Origin: Candidatus Nealsonbacteria bacterium
Lineage (GTDB): Bacteria; Patescibacteriota; Minisyncoccia; Minisyncoccales; PWPS01
DNA: 35,687 bases
Direction: 5' to 3'
Assembly (NCBI GenBank): GCA_003561025.1
Contig: PWII01000074.1
Coordinates: 1 to 35,687, forward strand
Positions within the stretch are counted from its first letter, which is position 1. The number at the start of each line of letters is the position of its first letter. Under the pieces are notes generated by a model. It was not told where the DNA came from. It saw only the letters and a list, made by a program, of their open reading frames with translations, and made no database searches. The translations under genes and the position numbers were made by a program. Below are positions 1 through 9,097 of this stretch, piece by piece.

Positions 1-61
1 AAGGCAAAAAAAGAAAGAGTAAAAATTTGACTTTTATTTTTTTTTATGTAACATATCAAAG

Positions 62-96
62 CAGAGGTCTGGAAGACCTTTGTGGTTTGTTTTTTA
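62..96 (+). terminator. Stem-loop plus T-rich tract. Either the intrinsic terminator of a gene running off the left edge or a 5' leader attenuator of the rpsL operon.
   Basis: cagaggtc (62-69) pairs with gacctttg (75-82), 8 bp including one G-U, with a 5-nt loop. It is followed by tggTTTgTTTTTT (83-95). A frame-1 reading frame entering from the left edge stops at TGA 28-30. Confidence 0.45.
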
Positions 97-151
97 TCTT
101 AAGATAAAATTCAAAAGAAGAAGAGATATATCTAACAAACTTTTAAAATAG

Positions 152-562
152 ATGCCGACAATAAATCAATTAATAAAAAAAGGAAGAAAGAAAGTCAAAG
201 TGAAGGATAAATCACCTGCACTTTCCTTTGGTTTTAATAATGTAAAGAATAAGAAATCTCAATACCCTTCTCCATTTAAGAGGGGTGTCTGTATTAAGGT
301 AACTACAACCACTCCCAAGAAACCTAATTCCGCACTCAGAAAGGTTGCCAGAGTGAGAGTCTCTAATGGGTCAGAAGTGACGGCCTATATTCCTGGAGAG
401 GGGCACAAACTACAAGAGCATTCGGTTGTCATTATAAGAGGAGGTAGAGTAAAGGATCTTCCGGGAGTGAGATATCATGTTGTGAGAGGTACTCTTGATA
501 CTACGGGAGTTGAAGGGAGAAAGAGGGCACGTAGTAAATACGGTACAAAAAAAGCAAAATAA
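152..562 (+). CDS. rpsL: 30S ribosomal protein S12 (uS12)
   Basis: 136-aa ORF with MPTINQLI..., [11 protein letters not shown] and [14 protein letters not shown] motifs. Canonical position ahead of rpsG-fusA. Confidence 0.97.
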   Translation: MPTINQLIKKGRKKVKVKDKSPALSFGFNNVKNKKSQYPSPFKRGVCIKVTTTTPKKPNSALRKVARVRVSNGSEVTAYIPGEGHKLQEHSVVIIRGGRVKDLPGVRYHVVRGTLDTTGVEGRKRARSKYGTKKAK

Positions 563-580
563 AAGAGATAGTCAAAAGCT

Positions 581-1060
581 ATGTTTGAAATTGAAAGAAA
601 AAAATCATATAAAATTCAAAATATTAACCCGGACCCAAAGTACGGAAGTGTTATTGTTTCTAAATTTATCAACCAGATTATGCGGAAAGGCAAGAAGGGA
701 GTTGCGAGAAGAGTGCTCTATGACGCTTTTGACATTTTAAAAGAGCGACACAAAAAAGAGCCGATTGATGTATTTGAGGAAGCGATTCAAAATGTCTCTC
801 CGGACATGGAGGTTAGATCTAAAAGAGTAGGAGGCGCAACTTATCAAGTTCCAATGAAAGTAAACAAGAAGCGTGCAACAAGTCTTTCAATGAGATGGAT
901 TGTTAGTGCGGCGAAAAAGAAGAAAGGAAAACCAATGAAAGAAAATCTTGCAGAGGAGCTCTTTAGTGCTTCTAAAAATGAAGGAGAGGCGATTAAAAAG
1001 AAAGAGACAATGCATAAGATGGCAAAGGCGAATAAAGCCTTCTCTTATCTTGCTAAATAG
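581..1060 (+). CDS. rpsG: 30S ribosomal protein S7 (uS7)
   Basis: 159-aa ORF with PDPKYGS..VSKFIN.IMRKGKK and YQVP motifs. Lies in rpsL-rpsG-fusA order. Confidence 0.96.
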   Translation: MFEIERKKSYKIQNINPDPKYGSVIVSKFINQIMRKGKKGVARRVLYDAFDILKERHKKEPIDVFEEAIQNVSPDMEVRSKRVGGATYQVPMKVNKKRATSLSMRWIVSAAKKKKGKPMKENLAEELFSASKNEGEAIKKKETMHKMAKANKAFSYLAK

Positions 1061-1070
1061 TTAAATATAT

Positions 1071-2576
1071 ATGACCAGAGAATATCCTATAGAAAAATAT
1101 AGAAATATTGGGATTATTGCCCATATTGATGCCGGGAAGACGACTGTTACAGAGCGGATCTTATTTTATACCGGAATATCACACAAGATAGGTGAAACTC
1201 ATTCCGGAGAATCGATTATGGATTGGATGGAGCAAGAAAGAGAGAGAGGAATTACTATTACGTCGGCAGCAACTACCTGTTTTTGGACACCGACAAAGAT
1301 GGAAAAGAAGAAAGAGAATGAGTATAGAATAAATATTATAGATACCCCCGGACATATCGACTTTACCGCTGAAGTACAGAGGTCAATGCGTGTCTTAGAT
1401 GGTGCAGTCGTCATCTTTGATGGCGTTGCGGGAGTAGAGCCTCAGTCAGAGACTGTTTGGAGGCAAGCGGATAAATATAATGTCCCGAGGATATGTTTTA
1501 TAAATAAGATAGACAGAACCGGTGCGTCGTTTAAAGATTCACTGGACTCAATTAAAGAAAAGTTGACACCGGATGTTGTTCCGATGCAGATTCCGGTAGG
1601 AGAAGAAGAAAATTTTAAAGGAGTTGTAGATTTAATTACAAGAAAATTTATTCAATTTTCCGGCGATTATGGAGAGATAATTGAAGAAGGCGATGTTCCG
1701 GAAGAGATGAAGGATGAAGTGGAGAGATATAGAAATGAGATGGTTGAGAAAGTTGTAACAGAAGATGAGACTCTTTTTGATAGATATATGGAAGGAGAAG
1801 AGATAAGCGAGGACGATTTAAGAAGAGTGTTGCGTCAAGCTGTTTTGAAATATAAGGCGGTACCGCTATTTTGTGGAACGGCGCTAAAGAATAAAGGAGT
1901 GCAACCAGTGCTTGATGCAATCTGTCACTATTTTCCCGCCCCAACTGACCTCCCCTCTGTTATTGGAAAAAATCCCAAAACAGAAGAAGAGGATTCTCGT
2001 AAATTAAATGACGAAGAACCTTTTTCAGCTCTCGCTTTTAAGTTGGCAAACGACGCTTATGTCGGAAGCCTTACTTTTATTAGAGTCTATTCGGGAAAGC
2101 TTTCCAGTGGCTCTTACATATTAAATGTAAACAACGGAAAAAAAGAGAGAATAAGCCGAATTTTAAGAATGCATGCAGATCAGAGAGAAGAGCTAAAAGA
2201 GATATATTCCGGAGACATTGTTGCGGTGGTAGGTCTAAAAGAGACATCTACCGGACATACATTATCTGATGAAAATAGTCCTATTGTCCTAGAGGAGATA
2301 TCTTTTCCTGAGCCTGTTGTAGGAATCAGAGTAGAGCCCAAAACAAGAGAAGACCAAGAAAAGATGGGGCTTGCTCTAAGAAGACTGGCTGAAGAAGACC
2401 CTACATTCCGGGTTCAGGGTGATGTCGATACGGGAGAAACTATAATCTCCGGTATGGGAGAGATACACCTTGATATTATTGTAGATAGAATGAAGAGAGA
2501 ATTTAAGGTAGAAGCACAGGTAGGACAACCACAAGTAGCATACAAAGAGACTATAAGAAAGATGGCAGACGAATAA
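1071..2576 (+). CDS. fusA: Elongation factor G, N-terminal 501 codons (G domain through domain III), ending at an in-frame TAA (2574-2576)
   Basis: [14 protein letters not shown]-loop, DTPGHIDF and NKIDR GTPase motifs. The same reading frame continues with EF-G homology immediately after the stop (see next feature and finding). Confidence 0.93.
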   Translation: MTREYPIEKYRNIGIIAHIDAGKTTVTERILFYTGISHKIGETHSGESIMDWMEQERERGITITSAATTCFWTPTKMEKKKENEYRINIIDTPGHIDFTAEVQRSMRVLDGAVVIFDGVAGVEPQSETVWRQADKYNVPRICFINKIDRTGASFKDSLDSIKEKLTPDVVPMQIPVGEEENFKGVVDLITRKFIQFSGDYGEIIEEGDVPEEMKDEVERYRNEMVEKVVTEDETLFDRYMEGEEISEDDLRRVLRQAVLKYKAVPLFCGTALKNKGVQPVLDAICHYFPAPTDLPSVIGKNPKTEEEDSRKLNDEEPFSALAFKLANDAYVGSLTFIRVYSGKLSSGSYILNVNNGKKERISRILRMHADQREELKEIYSGDIVAVVGLKETSTGHTLSDENSPIVLEEISFPEPVVGIRVEPKTREDQEKMGLALRRLAEEDPTFRVQGDVDTGETIISGMGEIHLDIIVDRMKREFKVEAQVGQPQVAYKETIRKMADE

Positions 2577-3188
2577 GGAAAGTATATCAAGCAGAGTGGA
2601 GGGAGAGGGCAGTATGGACATGTAAAATTAAGGATTGATCCGTTGCCTGCAGATAGTGAAAAGAGACTAGAATTTGTCGATGAGATTAAGGGAGGTGTGA
2701 TTCCGCAGGAATATATTCCTGCAGTTGAGAAAGGGATTGAGGAGGTGATGGATGAAGGTGTCTTAGCCGGATATCCTATTGTAAATATCCGTGCTGCACT
2801 TTATGACGGATCGTATCACGAAGTATATTCTTCAAAGATGGCATTTAAGATTGCTGGAGCGATGGGCTTTAAAGAAGCCTACAGAAAAGCTGACCCAGTA
2901 CTACTTGAGCCATTTATGAGAGTTGAGGTAATTATTCCTCCTGAGTATCTTGGAGATGTAGTGGGAGATATCTCTTCTAGAAGAGGAGAGGTGGAAGCGA
3001 CAGAAGAGACCAAAGGGAAGAGAGCTCAAAAGGTTATTAAGGCGAAAGTTCCTCTTGCAGAGATGTTTGGGTATGTTACTACCCTTCGCTCACTTACCAA
3101 GGGAAGAGGGAACTATACGATGGAATTTGACAGTTACAAAGAGGTTCCTTATAATATCGCCCAGACATTAATTGAAAAAGGAAATTAA
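2577..3188 (+). CDS. fusA: Elongation factor G, C-terminal portion (domains IV-V), in frame with 1071-2576. It has no ATG or GTG start of its own before TTG 2643.
   Basis: Translation from 2577 gives [16 protein letters not shown]...[17 protein letters not shown]...LEPFMRVEV...[12 protein letters not shown]...[16 protein letters not shown], colinear with EF-G. (2643-1071) is divisible by 3. Confidence 0.9.
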   Translation, partial: GKYIKQSGGRGQYGHVKLRIDPLPADSEKRLEFVDEIKGGVIPQEYIPAVEKGIEEVMDEGVLAGYPIVNIRAALYDGSYHEVYSSKMAFKIAGAMGFKEAYRKADPVLLEPFMRVEVIIPPEYLGDVVGDISSRRGEVEATEETKGKRAQKVIKAKVPLAEMFGYVTTLRSLTKGRGNYTMEFDSYKEVPYNIAQTLIEKGN

Positions 3189-3207
3189 AAAAACCATTTT
3201 TACACTA

Positions 3208-3236
3208 TTGAATTTTTAAAAAAAATAGTGTAATAT
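3208..3236 (+). promoter_or_regulatory. Sigma70-type promoter candidate for tuf (TTGAAT-17 nt-TAATAT), embedded in a 10-bp inverted repeat (3200-3209 / 3224-3233)
   Basis: TTGAAT at 3208-3213 and TAATAT at 3231-3236 with 17-nt spacing, about 50 nt upstream of the tuf ATG. The dyad is ttacactatt ... aatagtgtaa. AT-rich DNA raises the chance-match rate. Confidence 0.45.
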
Positions 3237-3286
3237 AGCAAGGCGTAAAAGTATTAATCATTAATTAGGTTTAAAACCAAAAAAAT

Positions 3287-4483
3287 ATGGCTAAAGAAGT
3301 ATTTGAAAGAGGGAAACCTCATCTCAACGTGGGAACAGTCGGTCATGTTGACCATGGTAAAACGACTCTTACCGCGGCAATTATAAATGTTCTTCACTTA
3401 AAAGGATTGCTTGATAAAAAGACGAGTGTTGCTGATATCGATTCTGCTCCAGAAGAGAAAGCGAGAGGACTTACTATCTCCATCTCTCATAGAGAATATC
3501 AGACAGAGAATCGTCACTATGCACATATTGATTGTCCCGGACATGCTGATTATGTAAAAAATATGATTACCGGTGCGGCACAGATGGACGGAGGAATCTT
3601 GGTTGTTTCTGCAACTGATGGACCGATGCCACAGACAAGAGAACATATCTTGCTTGCAAGACAAGTTGGACTTCCTTCACTTGTAGTATTTTTAAATAAG
3701 ACTGATATGGTTGATGATGAAGAGATGATTGAGCTCGTAGAATCAGAAATAAGAGAACTTCTTACCAAGTATGAGTTTCCCGGAGACGAGATACCGATTA
3801 TCAGAGGTTCTGCTCTTAAAGCTCTCGAAGCGTCATCCGTAGACGATGCGGCAGTAGAGCCGATAACAAAGCTACTTGAAGCGATGGATAGCTATATCCC
3901 AGAGCCTGAAAGAGATGTCGATAAACCATTTCTTATGGCGGTTGAAGATGTCTTTTCTATTGAAGGAAGAGGAACAGTTGCGACCGGAAGAATTGAGAGA
4001 GGGGTCGTAAATGCGGGAGAAGAGGTAGAAATTGTCGGTCTTCGTGACACAACAAAGACTACAATCGTTAGTATTGAAATGTTTAATAAGAGCCTAGATA
4101 AAGGAATGGCGGGAGACAATGCGGGACTTCTACTTAGAGGAACCAAGAAGGATGATATAGAGAGAGGACAGGTCCTTGCAAAGAAAGGATCCATTACACC
4201 GCATACGGAATTTGAAGCAGAAGTCTATATCTTGGGCAAAGAAGAAGGCGGAAGACATACACCATTCTTTAAAGGTTATAAGCCTCAATTCTATATGAGA
4301 ACAACCGATGTTACCGGAGAGGTTGAACTTCCTGAAGGAACAGAGATGGTGATGCCGGGAGACACCGCTAAATTGACAGTAAAATTAATTGCACCAATCG
4401 CTCTGGAAGAACAGCAAAGATTTGCTATTCGTGAAGGTGGAAGAACTGTAGGTGCGGGCGTTGTGGGTAAAATTATTAAGTAG
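3287..4483 (+). CDS. tuf: Elongation factor Tu
   Basis: 398-aa ORF with [18 protein letters not shown] and NKTD GTPase motifs and full-length EF-Tu colinearity. Confidence 0.98.
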   Translation: MAKEVFERGKPHLNVGTVGHVDHGKTTLTAAIINVLHLKGLLDKKTSVADIDSAPEEKARGLTISISHREYQTENRHYAHIDCPGHADYVKNMITGAAQMDGGILVVSATDGPMPQTREHILLARQVGLPSLVVFLNKTDMVDDEEMIELVESEIRELLTKYEFPGDEIPIIRGSALKALEASSVDDAAVEPITKLLEAMDSYIPEPERDVDKPFLMAVEDVFSIEGRGTVATGRIERGVVNAGEEVEIVGLRDTTKTTIVSIEMFNKSLDKGMAGDNAGLLLRGTKKDDIERGQVLAKKGSITPHTEFEAEVYILGKEEGGRHTPFFKGYKPQFYMRTTDVTGEVELPEGTEMVMPGDTAKLTVKLIAPIALEEQQRFAIREGGRTVGAGVVGKIIK

Positions 4484-4487
4484 ATAG

Positions 4488-4811
4488 ATGCCAAAAGAAA
4501 AGGAAGCAAAATCAAGAATTAGAATTCGTCTTCGTGCTTATGACCATAAGGTTATTGATGCGAGTGCAAAGCAGATTATTGATACGGCTATCAGATATGG
4601 AAGTGATATCTTGGGGCCGACACCCCTTCCCACGGAGATAAAAAAGTATACTGTTAATCGCTCTACCTTTGTTCATAATAAATCAAAGGAAGGGTACGAG
4701 ATAAGAATACATAAGAGAATTATAGACATTCTTAATCCCGGAGCAAAAGTCCTTGATGCGTTGAGAAACCTTACACTTCCAACGGGAGTTAATATCGAGA
4801 TAAAGATGTAA
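4488..4811 (+). CDS. rpsJ: 30S ribosomal protein S10 (uS10)
   Basis: 107-aa ORF with IRIRLRAYDHKVID...GP.PLPT motifs. Starts 4 nt after tuf. Confidence 0.96.
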   Translation: MPKEKEAKSRIRIRLRAYDHKVIDASAKQIIDTAIRYGSDILGPTPLPTEIKKYTVNRSTFVHNKSKEGYEIRIHKRIIDILNPGAKVLDALRNLTLPTGVNIEIKM

Positions 4812-4858
4812 ACTTAATTGAAAGGCAAGGATTAGCGTATTTGGTTTCCAAGTTTTGT

Positions 4859-4882
4859 AATATCGAGGGGAACCTCGATATT
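4859..4882 (+). promoter_or_regulatory. Perfect 10-bp stem with a GGAA (GNRA-type) tetraloop in the 92-nt rpsJ-rplC spacer. Candidate RNA regulatory or processing element, or a weak terminator.
   Basis: aatatcgagg (4859-4868) pairs with cctcgatatt (4873-4882), loop ggaa. Only a short T run follows, so it is not a classic terminator. Confidence 0.4.
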
Positions 4883-4903
4883 TAGCTTTGAAAATAAGAA
4901 AAA

Positions 4904-5500
4904 ATGAATTTTATAATCGGAAAAAAATTAGGAATGAGACAGATTTTTGATGAAAAAGGAAAGGCATTTCCGGTGACTTTGGTTGAGGCGGGCCCTTGTG
5001 ATATAACGCAGATAAAGACAGAAGAAAGTGACGGTTATGACGGTATTCAGCTGGGGTTTGAAAAGATTAAGGAGAGTAAAGTAAAAAAACCTCTCAAAAA
5101 AAAGCCGTATCGTCACTTGAAAGAGGTTAAAGGAAAGTTTGAATCTTCTTTGGGCGACAAGATCTCCGTAGAGATTTTTAATCCCGGCGATAAGGTTCGT
5201 GTGAGAGGAATATCAAAAGGAAAAGGATTTGCAGGAGTAATGAAAAGATGGAATTTTTCCGGTGCGGGAACCTCTTCTCACGGAACAAAGCATAATGACA
5301 GAAAGGGAGGCTCTATCGGTTCTATGTATCCTCAAAGAGTGATGAAGGGAAAAAAGATGGCTGGAAGAATGGGAGCAAACAGCGTTACGGTAAAGAATCT
5401 TGAAATTGTAGATATCGACAAAGAGAAAGATATTATTGCGATTTGTGGAGCTCTTCCCGGAAAAAAGGGAGGGATAGTAATTATTGAAAAGATATGTTAA
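4904..5500 (+). CDS. rplC: 50S ribosomal protein L3 (uL3)
   Basis: 198-aa ORF with GKKLGMRQIF..G...PVT and GKGFAGVMKRWNF.G motifs. Confidence 0.96.
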   Translation: MNFIIGKKLGMRQIFDEKGKAFPVTLVEAGPCDITQIKTEESDGYDGIQLGFEKIKESKVKKPLKKKPYRHLKEVKGKFESSLGDKISVEIFNPGDKVRVRGISKGKGFAGVMKRWNFSGAGTSSHGTKHNDRKGGSIGSMYPQRVMKGKKMAGRMGANSVTVKNLEIVDIDKEKDIIAICGALPGKKGGIVIIEKIC

Positions 5501-6123
5501 AAGCGACTTTATACAACATGAAAGGAGAAAAAGAGAAGGAGATTGATATTCCCGAAAGTCTTTTTGGAGTTAATTTAAATCAAAATCTTCTCTACCAGGT
5601 CGTTAGAACACAAAGTTTAATCAGAAGGCAAAATTCTGCACACACCAAGGATCGTTCTGCAGTTAGAGGTGGCGGAAGAAAGCCTTGGAGACAGAAGGGA
5701 ACAGGAAGAGCAAGACACGGCTCTAATAGGTCACCTATCTGGAAAGGGGGAGGAGTTACTTTTGGGCCTGATGCTGAGCGAAATTATAAGAAGAAGATTA
5801 ACAAAAAAGTAAAAAGAAAAGCTCTTGCGATGGTTCTTTCTGCCAAAAAGGAGAAGGATATGATTGTATTTGTTTCTGACTTAGAGCTAAAAGAGCCAAA
5901 AACGAAAGTTATTCAAGAATTTTTAAAGAATTTTGAGCTTGAAAAAAGTACCCTCTTTGTTTTACCTAAAATGGAAGAGAACTTGATTCTTGCAACACGC
6001 AATTTGCAAAATATATCTACTATTCAGGCGAAGGATATAAATTCATTAGACCTTCTATCATATAGAAATCTTGTTATTTCAGAAGATGCGGTAGCGGTTA
6101 TTAAAGAAAATTTTAAATTATAA
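5494..6123 (+). CDS. rplD: 50S ribosomal protein L4 (uL4)
   Basis: 209-aa ORF with GGGRKPWRQKGTGRAR.GS.RSP.W.GGG motif. Overlaps rplC by 7 nt. Confidence 0.96.
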   Translation: MLKATLYNMKGEKEKEIDIPESLFGVNLNQNLLYQVVRTQSLIRRQNSAHTKDRSAVRGGGRKPWRQKGTGRARHGSNRSPIWKGGGVTFGPDAERNYKKKINKKVKRKALAMVLSAKKEKDMIVFVSDLELKEPKTKVIQEFLKNFELEKSTLFVLPKMEENLILATRNLQNISTIQAKDINSLDLLSYRNLVISEDAVAVIKENFKL

Positions 6124-6128
6124 AGAAG

Positions 6129-6407
6129 ATGAGGAAATATATACTTACAAAACCGCATATAAGTGAAAAAGCTACTTTGCTGGCAGAAAAGGATTTTTAC
6201 ATCTTTAAAGTTGGAAAAAGTGCAAATAAGAGAGAGATTAAGGATGAGGTGAAGAAGAAGTATAAGGTAGATGTATTAAGCGTAAATATAGTTAATATTC
6301 CTTCCAAAAAAAAGAGAGTAGGAAGAACGGAAGGAACAAAAAAAGGATACAAAAAAGCGATTGTTAAGGTAAAAAAAGGACAGAGTATTGATTTGACCTT
6401 AGTATAA
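6129..6407 (+). CDS. rplW: 50S ribosomal protein L23 (uL23)
   Basis: 92-aa ORF with L23-like sequence (HISEKAT...F.V...ANK.EIK..V...Y.V.V..VN) at the conserved rplD-rplW-rplB position. Confidence 0.93.
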   Translation: MRKYILTKPHISEKATLLAEKDFYIFKVGKSANKREIKDEVKKKYKVDVLSVNIVNIPSKKKRVGRTEGTKKGYKKAIVKVKKGQSIDLTLV

Positions 6408-6416
6408 ATTTGTGTT

Positions 6417-7190
6417 ATGAATACGAAGAGAAAAAAGAAATTAACTACCCCGATTAAGAAAAAGGCCGGAAGGTCCAATCAGGGTAAAATAACTGTTAGG
6501 CACAGAGGTGGAGGTGTAAAGCGCCTTTATCGCAAGGTTAGTTTTGGCCAAGAAATGCTAGAAAGCAGAGCAAAAGTGATTGCTATTGAGTATGACCCAA
6601 ACAGAAGTGCTGATATTGCTCTTATTGAGCTTGAAAATAGAGAAAAGAGATATATTCTTGCGCCACAAAAGATAAAGGTAGGGGATGAGATTATTACAAG
6701 CGAGAAAGCTCCGATTAGCCCCGGAAACAGAATGCAACTTAAAAATATTCCGGTTGGAACGTCTGTCTATAATATTGCTGTTCATCCTGATGGAAAAGGT
6801 ATACTTATAAGAAGTGCAGGAGCATCCGGATCCATTCTTGCTCACGAAGGAAATATGACTAATATCAGAATGCCTTCAAGAGAGATTAGAAGAGTTGTAA
6901 ATAGATGCTTTGCGAGCGTTGGAGAGGTGTCTTGCCCCGAGCATCGTTATAAAAAGATAAAAAAGGCAGGGACAGCAAGAAAGATGGGACGAAGACCTGT
7001 TGTAAGGGGATCGGCTATGAATCCCGTAGATCATCCTCATGGAGGAGGGGAAGGAAAGGCTCCTATTGGAATGCCTTCACCAAAGACTCCTTGGGGAAAG
7101 ATTGCAAGAGGAGTAAAAACAAGAAAAAGAAAACAGACCGACAGATATATATTAAAGAGAGCAAGTAAGAAAAAAAGAGGAAAGAAATAA
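6417..7190 (+). CDS. rplB: 50S ribosomal protein L2 (uL2)
   Basis: 257-aa ORF with GRSNQGKITVRHRGGG.KR.YR and MNPVDHPHGGGEG motifs. The N-terminus is somewhat shorter than typical L2. Confidence 0.96.
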   Translation: MNTKRKKKLTTPIKKKAGRSNQGKITVRHRGGGVKRLYRKVSFGQEMLESRAKVIAIEYDPNRSADIALIELENREKRYILAPQKIKVGDEIITSEKAPISPGNRMQLKNIPVGTSVYNIAVHPDGKGILIRSAGASGSILAHEGNMTNIRMPSREIRRVVNRCFASVGEVSCPEHRYKKIKKAGTARKMGRRPVVRGSAMNPVDHPHGGGEGKAPIGMPSPKTPWGKIARGVKTRKRKQTDRYILKRASKKKRGKK

Positions 7191-7208
7191 AAAGTTATTA
7201 ATAACAAT

Positions 7209-7493
7209 ATGTCAAGAAGTTCAAAAAAAGGACCATATATTGATGAAAAGCTGATTAAGAAGATAGCAGACCTTAAGGCAGGAGAAAAAAAGGTGATTAA
7301 GACATGGTCGAGAAGAGCGACTATTTCTCCGGAGATGATAGGATACACTTTTGGCGTATATAATGGAAAAGAGCATATAAATGTCTATGTAACAGAAGAG
7401 ATGGTCGGTCATCTGCTCGGTGAATTTTCCCCTTCCAAGAAGTTTGTTAAGCATGGAGGGAAGATGCAGCGTGACATGGAAAAGAAAAAATAA
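7209..7493 (+). CDS. rpsS: 30S ribosomal protein S19 (uS19)
   Basis: 94-aa ORF with [23 protein letters not shown] and V.NGK motifs. Confidence 0.96.
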   Translation: MSRSSKKGPYIDEKLIKKIADLKAGEKKVIKTWSRRATISPEMIGYTFGVYNGKEHINVYVTEEMVGHLLGEFSPSKKFVKHGGKMQRDMEKKK

Positions 7494-7520
7494 GTAGATA
7501 AAATTATAAGATAGTAGATT

Positions 7521-8036
7521 ATGTCTGTTGAAGCAAAATTAAGATATTCGAGGATTTCACCAAGGAAAGTCCGACTTGTCGCAAATCTCATAAGAGGAGA
7601 AAGAGTTGATGATGCGGAAAAAATATTACGATTTACCGTCAAAAAACCGGTTACACCTTTGTTGAAACTTTTAAGGTCTGCAATTGCGAACGCAGAGCAT
7701 AATTATAGCTTAAAGAAAGAAGATCTCTATATTTCGGAGATTAGAGTTGACGGAGGACCGATTATTAAAAGATTTAGACCGAGAGCGAGGGGATCTGCAT
7801 CACCTATCCAAAAAAAGACATCACATATTTTGATAGTATTAAAGGCAAAGGGAGGAATTGATGAGGAAAAGAGAGGTAAGAAAGAAAAAATTAAAAAAGT
7901 TTATCAGGAAGAGAAGCCAAAAGAAGATATGCCTAAAAAGACTGCGGAGAGACCGGGAAAAGAAGAAGGATTAAAAGAGAGCTCAAAGAGCACTAAAGAT
8001 ACAAAAAAGCAGATATTTAGAAGAAAATCTATATAA
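7521..8036 (+). CDS. rplV: 50S ribosomal protein L22 (uL22) with a roughly 60-aa Lys/Glu-rich C-terminal extension
   Basis: The first ~110 aa match L22 (RISPRKVRLVANLIRG..V..A...L; RF.PRARG.A..I.K.TSHI). Residues ~111-171 are low-complexity K/E-rich. Confidence 0.94.
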   Translation: MSVEAKLRYSRISPRKVRLVANLIRGERVDDAEKILRFTVKKPVTPLLKLLRSAIANAEHNYSLKKEDLYISEIRVDGGPIIKRFRPRARGSASPIQKKTSHILIVLKAKGGIDEEKRGKKEKIKKVYQEEKPKEDMPKKTAERPGKEEGLKESSKSTKDTKKQIFRRKSI

Positions 8037-8041
8037 ATATT

Positions 8042-8689
8042 ATGACACACAAAGTTCATCCAAAAGCACTTAGAATCGGAGTAACCAAAGACTGGGCTTC
8101 AAAAGGATTTTATGAAAAGGATTTTTCTACTTTTTTGAAAGAGGACTATGAGATAAGAAGTTTTTTAATGGAACTTCTTCGCGAAATCGGAATAGAAAGG
8201 ATAGAGATAGAGAGGTCTTCGGAAGAGATTGGAATAATTATCTATAGTGCAAGACCGGGTCTTATCATTGGACGTGGAGGAGAAGGAGTAAAAAAATTAA
8301 AAGAGAAGATAGAGAAGAAGATTAGAGCTGGATCAAAAGATGACAAGAGAAAGGTTCGTTTGGAGATTAAAGAGGTAAAAGATCCTTGGCTTTCTGCTTC
8401 TCTTGCAGCACAAGATATTGCCAGGCAACTGGAAAAGAGAATTCCTTACAGAAAAGTAGTAAAGCAGGCTCTTTATAAGATTGCGATGCATAAAGAGGTT
8501 AAGGGTGTAAGAATACAAGTGAGTGGGAGATTAAATGGAATTGAAATTGCAAGGTCGGAACATTTTCAGCAAGGACAACTAAAGAGAGAAACGATTCGTG
8601 CTGACTTTGATTACGGCTTTGAGATGGCCAGATGCTCTTATGGAGCGATTGGAATAAAGGTATTTATTTATAAGGGTGAGAAGTTTTAG
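8042..8689 (+). CDS. rpsC: 30S ribosomal protein S3 (uS3)
   Basis: 215-aa ORF with HKVHP...R.G....W.S, KH-domain IIGRGGEG and GRLNG.EIAR.E motifs. Confidence 0.96.
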   Translation: MTHKVHPKALRIGVTKDWASKGFYEKDFSTFLKEDYEIRSFLMELLREIGIERIEIERSSEEIGIIIYSARPGLIIGRGGEGVKKLKEKIEKKIRAGSKDDKRKVRLEIKEVKDPWLSASLAAQDIARQLEKRIPYRKVVKQALYKIAMHKEVKGVRIQVSGRLNGIEIARSEHFQQGQLKRETIRADFDYGFEMARCSYGAIGIKVFIYKGEKF

Positions 8690-8691
8690 CT

Positions 8692-9096
8692 ATGCTGTTT
8701 CCAAAAAAAGTAAAACATAGAAAACATCGGAAAGGAAGATTAAAGGGGGATGCTAGGAAGGGTTCTTTTGTTAATTTTGGCGGATATGGTTTAGCCGTGG
8801 AAGGAAATGGAATCATTAGCGCCAGACAGATAGAAGCAGCGAGAAGAGCGATTATTAGATACTTAAGAAAGGGTGGGAAGATGTGGATAAGAATTTTTCC
8901 TGATAGACCTATAACAAGAAAAGGGCAAGAGGTTCCGATGGGTGGTGGTAAGGGTAGTGTCGATTTCTATGCGGCTCCGGTAAAGAGAGGAAGGGTTATA
9001 TTTGAGATAGACGGCATACCGGAAAATCAGGCAAGAGAGGCCTTGAGAAAGGCGGGTGACAAGATTCCACTTAAGACAAAATTTGTAAAAAAATAA
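8692..9096 (+). CDS. rplP: 50S ribosomal protein L16 (uL16)
   Basis: 134-aa ORF with MLFPKKVKHRK..KGR, ARQIEAARRA and W.RIFPD.P.T.K motifs. Confidence 0.96.
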   Translation: MLFPKKVKHRKHRKGRLKGDARKGSFVNFGGYGLAVEGNGIISARQIEAARRAIIRYLRKGGKMWIRIFPDRPITRKGQEVPMGGGKGSVDFYAAPVKRGRVIFEIDGIPENQAREALRKAGDKIPLKTKFVKK

Positions 9097-9097
9097 G

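Noticed and set aside
2643-3188. fusA as a genuinely split two-polypeptide gene, with the C-terminal piece starting at TTG 2643
   Set aside because: The conserved [16 protein letters not shown] segment (2577-2642) would be lost and there is no SD or ATG. In-frame continuity across one TAA is better explained by a point change or read-through.
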